In this document: positions 35,905 through 44,287 of the stretch, piece by piece
Layout: each line of letters begins with the position of its first letter
Numbering within the stretch: the stretch's first letter is position 1
Assembly: GCA_963726435.1 (NCBI GenBank)
Contig: CAVSCJ010000006.1
Location: 124,664 to 188,663, forward strand
Origin: an uncultured Coriobacteriia bacterium
GTDB lineage: Bacteria; Actinomycetota; Coriobacteriia; Anaerosomatales; PALSA-660
Length of the DNA stretch: 64,000 bases
Reading direction: 5' to 3'
Made by a program: the position numbers and the translations under genes
Notes under the pieces: model-generated
The model's input: only the letters and a program-made list of their open reading frames with translations
Told to the model about the DNA's origin: nothing
The model's database searches: none

Positions 35905-36786
35905 GTGGAGCGTGGCGCGTCGCCCAACACCGTGTCCGCCTACAAGCGCGACCTGCACCTCTACGCGGACTTCCTGCTCGACCGCGGCGTCAGGTCGCCG
36001 GACGCGGTGAAGCGGGACGACGTCTCTGCATGGATCTCGCACCTCCGCGGGACCGGGCTCGCTCCCAGGACGGTCGAGCGCCGAGTCGCTGCGGTCAAGT
36101 CGTTCCACCGCTTCCTGGTCCGGGAAGGTGTCACGGTCAACCACCCGACCGCCTCTCTGCGCCTGCCACGCGTCCCCTCCCGCTTGCCCGACGTGGTGAG
36201 CATCGACGACATGGTCCGGCTGCTCTCCCAGCCGTTCCCTGACGGCCCCGTCGGGTACCGCGATCGTGCCCTGCTGGAGGTCCTGTACGGATGCGGCGTG
36301 CGAGTGAGTGAGCTCACGGGACTCGAGCTGCGCGACGTCGATCTGGCAGAGGGGCTGCTGAGGGTCTTTGGCAAGGGGAGCAAGGAGCGGGTCGTGCCTG
36401 TGGCGGGAGCAGCCGCCGACGCTCTTGCGGACTACCTCGCGCACGGGCGGCCATATCTGCGGACCAAGTCGGGCGCGCGCCGCCAGGATCCCGACGCCGT
36501 GTTCCTGAACGTGCGCGGAGGCCGGCTCACTCGGGTGAGCGTGCACGCGCTCGTGCGTGCGTACGGGGGGCGGGTGGGTCTGGACCTGCACCCGCACACG
36601 CTGCGCCACTCCTTCGCGACGCACATGCTCGAGGGCGGCGCGGACCTTCGAGCGCTACAGGAGATGCTCGGTCACGCCGACATCTCGACGACCCAGGTCT
36701 ACACTCACGTCGATCGCTCTCACCTGCGCGAGGAGTACCTGTCCACGCATCCGAGAGCGCGGATCCGCCCGGCCGCGAGGCCGTAG
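35905..36786 (+). CDS. xerD: Tyrosine recombinase XerD (true start probably upstream of the GTG used here)
   Basis: Motifs are ERGASPNTVSAYKRDL, RDRALLEVLYGCGVRVSEL and HTLRHSFATHMLEGGADLRALQEMLGHADISTTQVYTHV. In-frame upstream codons encode RLIDLIDDFTGYLT, which belongs to the core-binding domain, but no canonical start precedes them. Confidence 0.85.
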   Translation: MERGASPNTVSAYKRDLHLYADFLLDRGVRSPDAVKRDDVSAWISHLRGTGLAPRTVERRVAAVKSFHRFLVREGVTVNHPTASLRLPRVPSRLPDVVSIDDMVRLLSQPFPDGPVGYRDRALLEVLYGCGVRVSELTGLELRDVDLAEGLLRVFGKGSKERVVPVAGAAADALADYLAHGRPYLRTKSGARRQDPDAVFLNVRGGRLTRVSVHALVRAYGGRVGLDLHPHTLRHSFATHMLEGGADLRALQEMLGHADISTTQVYTHVDRSHLREEYLSTHPRARIRPAARP

Positions 36787-36920
36787 CGCCGCCCCTCGAG
36801 CGCCGTTGCCTTCCCGTGAAGGGTCGGAGAGGGCAGAATCGGTGGCCACTTTCTGGTGATATCGACGGCGGTAAGGGATACCATCATGGATAGAGTCTCG
36901 ACGCCTGTGGATAGGGGAGG

Positions 36921-38006
36921 GTGGTAGGGGTGAAGAGGAGCTTCCGCACTGTTCTCGCGCTGCTCGTGGTCTTCGCAATGGTGGCCATGGTGATCGGGGG
37001 ATGCACCGCGCAGACCGGCACTACGCCCGGCACGACCAGCACGCCACCGCCCGCGGCCGTCTTCAAGGCGGCCATGGTCACCGACATCGGCGGCCTGGGG
37101 GACAAGTCGTTCAACGATCTGAGCTGGGCGGGTCTCGAGAAGGCCAAGACCGATCTTGGCGTCGAGACCAAAGTTCTCTCGTCCAAGAGCATCGCCGACT
37201 ACGAGCCCAACCTCACGAACCTGTCTGATGCCGGGTACAGCCCGATCTTCGCCGTCGGCTTCCTGATGCAGGACGCCGTGACGAAGGCGGCCACGTCGAC
37301 CCCGAACACCAACTGGGGCGGCATCGACATCTTCGTGACAGATCCCCCGAAGAACTTCGTTGGTCTCAACTTCAAGGAGCAGGAGGCCGGCTACCTCGCC
37401 GGCATCGTCGCGGGTCTCGCGACCAAGGCGACGTTCGATCCTCGCCTCAACACCAAGAACATCATCGGATTCGTCGGCGGCATGGCGATACCGCCCGTTC
37501 AGCGCTACGAGGCCGGCTTCGTGGCCGGTGCCAAGTCGGTCAACCCGACCGTCAAGGTCGTGTCGCTGTACGCAGGCAAGTTCGATGACCAGGCAAAGGG
37601 CAAGGAACTCGGCCTGTCCCTGATCTCGCAGGGCGCGGACATCGTCTTCGCCGCTGCCGGCCAGACCGGCATCGGAACGTTCACGGCGTGCCAGGAGTCC
37701 AAGAAGGCGCTGTTCATTGGCGTCGACTCCGACCAGTTCCTCACGCTGACGAACCCCGGTGACACGATCCTGACCTCGGCTGTCAAGCGCATCGACAACG
37801 CGGTCTTCGCGGTCGTGAAGCAGGCCAAGGACGGTGCCTTCCCCGGTGGCCAGAACCTGTCGTTCGGCCTGAAGGATGACGGAGTCGGCATCGCGCCGTA
37901 CCACGATTTCGAGGCCAAGGTCCCGCAGACCATCAAGGACGCGGTGGACAAGGCCACGGCCGACATCAAGGCCGGTACGGTCACGGTCCCCGAGACGCTC
38001 AAGTAG
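36921..38006 (+). CDS. BMP-family (PnrA/Med-like) ABC substrate-binding lipoprotein
   Basis: Lipobox VIGGCT, with GGLGDKSFND and GFVGGM motifs. It is followed by a matching ATPase and two permeases. Confidence 0.85.
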   Translation: MVGVKRSFRTVLALLVVFAMVAMVIGGCTAQTGTTPGTTSTPPPAAVFKAAMVTDIGGLGDKSFNDLSWAGLEKAKTDLGVETKVLSSKSIADYEPNLTNLSDAGYSPIFAVGFLMQDAVTKAATSTPNTNWGGIDIFVTDPPKNFVGLNFKEQEAGYLAGIVAGLATKATFDPRLNTKNIIGFVGGMAIPPVQRYEAGFVAGAKSVNPTVKVVSLYAGKFDDQAKGKELGLSLISQGADIVFAAAGQTGIGTFTACQESKKALFIGVDSDQFLTLTNPGDTILTSAVKRIDNAVFAVVKQAKDGAFPGGQNLSFGLKDDGVGIAPYHDFEAKVPQTIKDAVDKATADIKAGTVTVPETLK

Positions 38007-38127
38007 AGTTGTCGTCTCGACGCTACCGCGGCCAGCCGCGATGATGGGGGCGGCCGGTGCACGCGCCGGCCGCCCCCTTCGCGCGCGAACTGTACTGGAT
38101 TCCCGGCTACGGGAAGGGACGCGACGA

Positions 38128-39690
38128 ATGCCCGTTCTCGAGCTGCGCGACATCACTCGGACCTTTCCCGGGGTCCGGGCCAACGATCGTGTCTCGCTCA
38201 CGCTCGAACGCGGCGAGATCGTGGCGCTGCTCGGTGAGAACGGGGCCGGCAAGTCTACGCTGATGAACGTGGTCTACGGCCTGCTCTCTCCCGACGGCGG
38301 CGAGGTGCTGGTCGACGGCAAGCCGGTCCGCATCCGCACGCCGCGCGATGCGATCGCGCTCGGCATCGGCATGGTCCACCAGCACTTCATGCTGGTGGAG
38401 ACACTCACGGTCACCGAGAACATCATCCTCGGGCACGAACCGTCGCGGTACGGCGTGGTCGACTTCACAACGGCACGCGCCAAGGTCGAGGAGCTCTCGG
38501 CTCGTTACGGGCTCAAGGTCGACCCGGACGCTCGCGTGGCCGATCTCTCGGTCGGGATGCAGCAGCGCGTCGAGATCCTGAAGGCGCTCTACCAAGGCGC
38601 CCGCATCCTGATCCTCGACGAGCCCACAGCCGTGCTGACCCCCCAAGAGGTCCGTGAGCTGTTCTCGGTCGTGCGATCCCTGGTGACCGGCGGGTTGTCG
38701 GTGGTGCTCATCACCCACAAGCTGGACGAGGTCATGGGTATCGCCGATCGCGTCGTGGTCATGCGTGACGGGCGCGTGGTGGGCGAGACGACTCCCGCGG
38801 AGACCGACCAGGTCGGCTTGGCGCGCATGATGGTGGGCCGCGACGTGGTCTTCCGGATCGACAGGACCGAGGCGCACCCCGGGTCCACCGTGCTCGAGGT
38901 GCGCGATCTCGTCGTGCTCGACGAGCGCAAGCTCGAAGCCGTCAAGGGCGTCAGCTTGTCAGTCCGAGCCGGCGAGGTGGTCGGCATCGCGGGGGTCGAC
39001 GGAAACGGCCAGCGCGAGCTCGTCGAGGCCATCGTGGGTCTGCGCAGGCCGAAGAGAGGATCGATCCTCCTGCGCGACAAGGACATAACCCATGCGACCC
39101 CGCGGGCAACGATCGAGGCGGGAGTCTCGCACGTGCCGGAGGACCGCCACCGCCGGGGTCTGGTGCTCGAGTTCGACCTTGCGGAGAACATGGTGCTCGG
39201 CGACCACACCAGTTCACCGTACTCGGCCGGCGGCATCATGCACGCCAAGACGATCGACGAGACCGCGCGCAAGCGCGTTGAGGACTACGACGTGCGCACG
39301 CCTTCCATCCGCGTGCTGGCCGGCAACCTCTCCGGCGGCAACCAGCAGAAGCTAGTGCTCGCCCGCGAGCTCGGGCGCGACCCCGATCTCCTCGTCGCCG
39401 CGCAGCCGACGCGCGGCCTCGATGTGGGCGCCATCGAGTTCGTGCATCAACGGATACTGGCCGCGCGCGACAGCGGCAAGGCCGTTCTGCTCGTGAGCAT
39501 GGAGCTAGAGGAGATCATGTCGCTCTCCGACCGCATACTCGTGATGTACGAAGGCCGGATCGCAGCCGAGTTCGCCTCCGGAGAGGCCGATGCGGAACGG
39601 ATCGGCTACTTCATGACGGGCGGCTCGGCGAAGGACGCCGGTGCGGCGCCCAAGCCCGCGACGGCTGTCGCCGGGGGAGGTGCCCTGTGA
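38128..39690 (+). CDS. ABC transporter ATP-binding protein with two fused cassettes
   Basis: ATG 38128 with GGGAAGGGA upstream. Cassette 1 has GENGAGKST, LSVGMQQRVEIL and ILILDEPT. Cassette 2 has GVDGNGQ, LSGGNQQK and AAQPTRGLD. Confidence 0.9.
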   Translation: MPVLELRDITRTFPGVRANDRVSLTLERGEIVALLGENGAGKSTLMNVVYGLLSPDGGEVLVDGKPVRIRTPRDAIALGIGMVHQHFMLVETLTVTENIILGHEPSRYGVVDFTTARAKVEELSARYGLKVDPDARVADLSVGMQQRVEILKALYQGARILILDEPTAVLTPQEVRELFSVVRSLVTGGLSVVLITHKLDEVMGIADRVVVMRDGRVVGETTPAETDQVGLARMMVGRDVVFRIDRTEAHPGSTVLEVRDLVVLDERKLEAVKGVSLSVRAGEVVGIAGVDGNGQRELVEAIVGLRRPKRGSILLRDKDITHATPRATIEAGVSHVPEDRHRRGLVLEFDLAENMVLGDHTSSPYSAGGIMHAKTIDETARKRVEDYDVRTPSIRVLAGNLSGGNQQKLVLARELGRDPDLLVAAQPTRGLDVGAIEFVHQRILAARDSGKAVLLVSMELEEIMSLSDRILVMYEGRIAAEFASGEADAERIGYFMTGGSAKDAGAAPKPATAVAGGGAL

Positions 39691-40844
39691 GCGAGACGCA
39701 CGAGGCGCCTGTCGTTCGCGAGAGTGTGTGGATGAAGGCGCTCCGGACCGCGGGCGTTCCCCTTCTGTCGGTCCTGTTCGCCATGGTGATCGGTTCGATC
39801 ATCCTGATCGCGTCGGGCAAGGATCCGATTCTGGCCTTCGGCGCGCTGCTCAAGGGCGCTTTCGGCAGCCCGGATCAGTGGGACGTGGGCAACTTCAAGG
39901 CCATCGGGGACACCATCAGCCGCGCGACCCCGCTGATCTTCGCCGGTCTGGCTGTTGCATTCGGTTTTCGGGCCAACCTCTTCAACATCGGTGCCAATGG
40001 CCAGCTGCTGCTCGGATCGATCGCGGCAGCGGGGCTCGGCTTGGCGCTGAGCGGGCTTCCTACGCTGGTCTCGGTCCCACTCATCCTGATCGGGGCCGTT
40101 CTGGCCGGAGCCGCGTGGGCGTTCATCCCGGCTATCTTGAAGGCCAGGGTCGGTGCTCACGAGGTCATCACGACCATGATGTTCTCGTGGATCGGGCTCT
40201 ACCTGACTTCCTGGATCATCTCCGGCCCACTGAGGGACGCCGCCGGGAACTCGCAGACACCGATGCTGCCGTCATCGGTGTGGCTGCCCTCGCTGGATCA
40301 GGTCTTCCCGTGGCTGTTCCGCGTGCCCGTCCGTGCCCACGTCGGGTTCCTGCTGGCCATCGCCCTCTCGGTGGTCGTGTGGTGGATCCTGAAGCGGACG
40401 ACGCTCGGGTACAGCGTGAGAGCGGTCGGGTTCAACCCGTCCGCCGCACAGACCGGCGGGATATCGATCGGCCTCACGACCGTCTGGGCACTGTGCATCT
40501 CGGGTGCCCTCGCGGGGCTCGCGGGCGCGTCCGAAGTCCTCGGAGTCCAGCACAGGATGTTCGACGAGGTCTCCGCGGGCTCGGGCTTCGGCTTCACCGG
40601 CATCGCCGTGGCTCTGTTGGCCAAGAACCACCCCATCGCCGTCATCTTCGCCGCGATCCTGTTCGGCGCGCTGTCGGCCGGTTCGAGCATGATGCAGCTG
40701 ATGGCCAATGTCCCTGACAAGATCATCACGATCGTGCAGGCGCTCATCATCTTCTTCGTGGGCGCCGAGACGATCATCACGTGGTTCATCAAGCGTCGCC
40801 AGAAGCTCGCCCTCGAGGACAAGGGGGCGACCGATGTTGCTTAG
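39687..40844 (+). CDS. ABC transporter permease (BMP-type uptake system)
   Basis: GTGA overlap with the ATPase gene. 385 aa and polytopic. Confidence 0.85.
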   Translation: MSETHEAPVVRESVWMKALRTAGVPLLSVLFAMVIGSIILIASGKDPILAFGALLKGAFGSPDQWDVGNFKAIGDTISRATPLIFAGLAVAFGFRANLFNIGANGQLLLGSIAAAGLGLALSGLPTLVSVPLILIGAVLAGAAWAFIPAILKARVGAHEVITTMMFSWIGLYLTSWIISGPLRDAAGNSQTPMLPSSVWLPSLDQVFPWLFRVPVRAHVGFLLAIALSVVVWWILKRTTLGYSVRAVGFNPSAAQTGGISIGLTTVWALCISGALAGLAGASEVLGVQHRMFDEVSAGSGFGFTGIAVALLAKNHPIAVIFAAILFGALSAGSSMMQLMANVPDKIITIVQALIIFFVGAETIITWFIKRRQKLALEDKGATDVA

Positions 40845-41790
40845 CTTCTTCACTCCGGACCTGTTCGCCTCCGCGATCAGGATGGCGACCCCGCTCGCTC
40901 TCGCCGCGATCGGGGGGACGATCTGCGAGCGATCCGGCGTCGTGAACATCGCCCTGGAGGGGATCATGCTCGTCGGCGCCTTCTTCGGCGTCGTCGTGAC
41001 GCTAGCCACCGGCAACGTGTGGGTGGGCCTGGTCGCCGCGATACTCGCCGGCGTGCTGCTCTCGCTCATCCACGCGTTCGCGTCCGTGACCCTGCGCATG
41101 GACCAAGTGGTGTCGGGGACGGCGCTGAACATCCTGGCCCTCGGGCTCACCGGTTTCCTCATGGAGGTCTTGTACGGGCATCCCGGGGCGACCAACAGCA
41201 TCCTCACCAAGATCGCTCCCGTGTTCGACTTCCCCACAGGTGGCGCTGGCGTTCTGAGCACGATCTGGACTTGGGTCGACGAGATCGTCTTCAGCTACAC
41301 GCCGATCGTCTACGCCGCGATCATCATCGCGATCGTCGCGCAGTGGGCGATGTACAGGACCCGATGGGGGCTGCGACTCCGCGCACTCGGCGAGCATCCG
41401 CGCGCCGCAGACACCGTGGGCGTCCGCGTCCGGGCGGGCCGCTACGTGGCCGTGCTGATCTCGGGCGCGCTCGGAGGGCTGGCGGGCGCCAATCTCACGC
41501 TGGAGCAGGTGGGCGTGTTCAGCGACAACATGACGAGCGGCCGTGGCTTCATCGCGCTGGCGGCCAACATCTTCGGGCGTTGGACGCCTGTGGGCAGCTA
41601 CCTCGCTTCGCTGCTGTTCGGGTTCGCGGAGGCCCTCGAGATCCGGATGCAGTCGTTCCAGGACATCATCCAGATACCGGTCCAGTTCTTCCTCATGCTG
41701 CCCTACGTTCTGGTCGTCATCGTGCTGGCGGGCTTTATGGGACGCGCGGTGGCCCCGGCGGCGATAGGGAAGGCGTACGAGAAGGAGTAG
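40834..41790 (+). CDS. ABC transporter permease (BMP-type uptake system)
   Basis: ATG 40834 overlaps the preceding stop. 318 aa and polytopic, with TICERSGVVNIALEGIMLVGAF. Confidence 0.85.
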   Translation: MLLSFFTPDLFASAIRMATPLALAAIGGTICERSGVVNIALEGIMLVGAFFGVVVTLATGNVWVGLVAAILAGVLLSLIHAFASVTLRMDQVVSGTALNILALGLTGFLMEVLYGHPGATNSILTKIAPVFDFPTGGAGVLSTIWTWVDEIVFSYTPIVYAAIIIAIVAQWAMYRTRWGLRLRALGEHPRAADTVGVRVRAGRYVAVLISGALGGLAGANLTLEQVGVFSDNMTSGRGFIALAANIFGRWTPVGSYLASLLFGFAEALEIRMQSFQDIIQIPVQFFLMLPYVLVVIVLAGFMGRAVAPAAIGKAYEKE

Positions 41791-41826
41791 GGCTCCGGCC
41801 CGTCCAGTCTGCCCTGAGCAAGACGC

Positions 41827-41854
41827 GGAAGGCGCCCCATCCGGGGCGCCTTCC
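41827..41854. terminator. Bidirectional terminator-like hairpin between convergent genes (core of a nested palindrome)
   Basis: 12-bp stem GGAAGGCGCCCC / GGGGCGCCTTCC with loop ATCC. It lies between the permease stop (41790) and the DUF4349 gene stop (41913). Confidence 0.6.
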
Positions 41855-41912
41855 TGGCTCAGAGCGCAGTCCTGCTAACGGCAGACCGGACGGGCCGTCC
41901 CAGGACAGGATG

Positions 41913-43172
41913 TCAGTCCTTGCCGTTGTCCATGCGTTTCGCCACGAACGCGCGCACCGCGAGCACGGCAGCCAAGCCGCCGAACACGATCAGGTCCAGC
42001 ACGGTCGGGCGGAAGTCCCAGCCGCGCAGTCCGGACTCGACCACGTAGAGGGCCGCGGCGAAGAGCGCCAGGGCCTGCCACGGGAGGCGCAGGTCGGGGC
42101 GAAGGCGCAACGCGCTCACGAAGCCGGAGTCTCGTCGGGCTCTGCGGGCGGGCGGCTCGATGCGGGATGCCGACGCGACTCGGTCACTGTGACGCTTGAC
42201 GCGGCGGTAGACGAGCCAGGCGATCAGCGCGGCGGGCAGTCCGAGGAAGAACAGCAGTGCGAGCACGGGGCCGAGCACTACGATCAGGACGTTCATGGTG
42301 TCGACGAACGCCCGAATCGAGTTGGTCAGCGCGGTCTGGACGCCCCAGTCGGTCCCGGCGGGCGCGACGACGGCCTTGGGCTCGGACAACTCGAGGGTCA
42401 CCGTGGCCATCGCGGCCTGGTTCTCGAGGTAGTTGATCTGCGCCTTCAGCGACTCGATGTCGCCCTGGACGCGGGTCAGCTCCTGCTCGACGGCGAGCAT
42501 GTCCTTCACGGTGTTCGCCCTCGCGAACAGCTGGCGCAGCCGCGCCTGCTCGGCGTTGAGGTTCCCCAGACGCGCGACCATGTCCACGTGCTGCTGCGTC
42601 ACGTCGTCGGCGGATTCGGACTCCGTGATCACGGTGCCGAGCTTGGCGGCGTCAGCGACGAACGCCGCGTACTTGACCGAGGGGACGCGCACTGTCACGT
42701 ACGCGCGCAGCGGGCCGGACGACGTCTGAGGGACGGTGCCGTCCTCCATCGGAGCCGGCTGGATGTAGATGGGCTGGTCGGACGCGGTCGCGACCTGCAT
42801 CGAGGAGATGTCGGCGCCGTCGCGGGCGACGAGCTCCCGGATCTTGGCGATGGCCGCGTCGACGTTGGCCGTCTCGATCCGCATCGTCTTGTTCACGACG
42901 ACGAGCTTCTGAGCTTGGACGGTGGTTGCTGAGCCAGCGCTCTCGCGTGCCACGTCCGAGGGCGCCGGCGCGCCGGCGGCGCCCGTCTTGGAGCCATCGG
43001 TGGCCGACGGAAGACCCGGCGACACGACGTTCTCGCCGCTTCCGTACGGGGTCGTGGTCACGCCGGAGGTCTGGCCGCCCAGAGAGCACGCCCCGAGTAC
43101 GAGGGCCGCGGCCACGAGAACGAGCGGTAGGGCGACGCGCATCCGTTCCGGTCCGTACCACCTGCGTGCCAT
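41913..43172 (-). CDS. DUF4349 lipoprotein with an extra C-terminal two-helix membrane extension
   Basis: ATG 43172 has GGAAGGAG 6 nt upstream. Lipobox LVLGAC. The DUF4349 pattern is TMRIETANVDAAIAKIRELV...YVTVRVPSVKYAAFV...DDVTQQHVDMVARLGNLNAEQARL...ENQAAMATVTLEL, plus a TM helix. About 100 further residues contain two more helices. Confidence 0.75.
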   Translation of the reverse strand: MARRWYGPERMRVALPLVLVAAALVLGACSLGGQTSGVTTTPYGSGENVVSPGLPSATDGSKTGAAGAPAPSDVARESAGSATTVQAQKLVVVNKTMRIETANVDAAIAKIRELVARDGADISSMQVATASDQPIYIQPAPMEDGTVPQTSSGPLRAYVTVRVPSVKYAAFVADAAKLGTVITESESADDVTQQHVDMVARLGNLNAEQARLRQLFARANTVKDMLAVEQELTRVQGDIESLKAQINYLENQAAMATVTLELSEPKAVVAPAGTDWGVQTALTNSIRAFVDTMNVLIVVLGPVLALLFFLGLPAALIAWLVYRRVKRHSDRVASASRIEPPARRARRDSGFVSALRLRPDLRLPWQALALFAAALYVVESGLRGWDFRPTVLDLIVFGGLAAVLAVRAFVAKRMDNGKD

Positions 43173-43318
43173 GATGGCTCCTTCCGTATCGAAGCGCCCG
43201 ATCCCGCGACCGCGCGCCTCTCGCGTCATGAACCGGATCCCACCCTGAAGAACAGCGAACGCCCGTCGCGCTGAGGCGGTCGGGCGTCCGAGGGACTCGC
43301 ACTTGCGAGACAGAAGGC

Positions 43319-43459
43319 CTACTCCGTCTTCCGCAGCGCCTGCTCGGCCTTCTTCAAGGCACGCGCGGCGTACACGCCCAACGCGATCCCGATGGCGATG
43401 ACGACAAAGAAGGCGAGGACCAGAGTGTTGACCACTGCAGAGGCCCAGTTGGCGGTCAT
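43319..43459 (-). CDS. 46-aa single-pass membrane peptide (hypothetical)
   Basis: ATG 43459 is preceded by GGAGGTGA. The product is MTANWASAVVNTLVLAFFVVIAIGIALGVYAARALKKAEQALRKTE. It lies upstream of, and co-oriented with, the DUF4349 gene. Confidence 0.45.
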   Translation of the reverse strand: MTANWASAVVNTLVLAFFVVIAIGIALGVYAARALKKAEQALRKTE

Positions 43460-43719
43460 ACGTTCGTTCACCTCCATCGGTGCGCATGGGTGATGTTCGT
43501 CCCTCGGATTGTATCGAGGGGCCGGTCGCGCGGCAACCCGCACGAGAGGCCATCTCACCCACTGATGTTCGCTGTCAAGGTGCCGGTTCCTGCCTGTGTC
43601 GACATCAGCTCAGACGCGGCGCGAACCGTGACGGTTCGGGCGGATCCCTCGAAGGCACGGATGGGCGCGGCGCGACCAGCGCGATACGCCTTCCCGCGCC
43701 GGTCCGGCGGTGTCGCGCG

Positions 43720-43785
43720 GTGGGGCAACATGATGCGACAGTGTTGCAAAGTGGGCAATAGTGTCATAGAGTGGGGCAGGTGGAC
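43720..43785 (+). promoter_or_regulatory. dcw promoter with phased GTGGG/GTGT direct repeats (candidate MraZ boxes)
   Basis: -35 TTGCAA (43744-43749), a 17-nt spacer, then -10 TAGAGT (43767-43772). GTG-initiated boxes occur at 43741, 43751, 43761 and 43771 (exact 10-nt phase), with GTGGGG at 43720 and GTGGAC at 43780. Confidence 0.55.
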
Positions 43786-43847
43786 TGGAGGGGCGCGCGC
43801 GATTGTCGCGCCGAGGGCCTGGTACCAAGAGATGGGGGCTGGACGCG

Positions 43848-44282
43848 GTGTTCCTCGGGGAATACCAGCACACGCTCGACGCGAAGGGCCGCGTCTCGTT
43901 GCCGCGCAAGTTCCGGGACGAGATCGGGTCTCGCATCGTCGTGTCAAAGGGCCTGGAGCACTGCCTCTACGTCTACGCAGCCGACGGCTACAAGGAGTTC
44001 CTCGAGAGCCTGCTGTCAGCGAGCGACTTCGACCGCAACTCTCGGGCCGTTCGTCGCCATTTCACTGCCGGCGCCTCGGAAGTGGAGATCGACAGCGCGG
44101 GTCGCGTGGCGATAGCGCCCACCCTGCGCGAATTCGCGGGCCTCACGAGGGAAGTGGTGGTCGCGGGCGTTGCGGACCACGTCGAGATCTGGGACGCCGC
44201 CGCTTGGGCGGCCTACGAGAGCGCGAACGCACCGACGATCGAGGACGCCGCCGAGGAGCTTTCCCGTAGCGGCATCCTCTAG
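43848..44282 (+). CDS. mraZ: Transcriptional regulator MraZ
   Basis: GTG 43848 gives (M)FLGEYQHTLDAKGRVSLPRKFR, with the second repeat DSAGRVAIAPTLREF. Confidence 0.93.
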   Translation: MFLGEYQHTLDAKGRVSLPRKFRDEIGSRIVVSKGLEHCLYVYAADGYKEFLESLLSASDFDRNSRAVRRHFTAGASEVEIDSAGRVAIAPTLREFAGLTREVVVAGVADHVEIWDAAAWAAYESANAPTIEDAAEELSRSGIL

Positions 44283-44287
44283 CGACC

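Noticed and set aside
36787-36920. Possible purine/nucleoside riboswitch or operator upstream of the BMP-family transporter (three GGATA boxes at 36876, 36888 and 36909).
   Set aside because: There is no resemblance to the purine or 2'-dG riboswitch core. The boxes are irregularly spaced (12 and 21 nt) and short enough to occur by chance.
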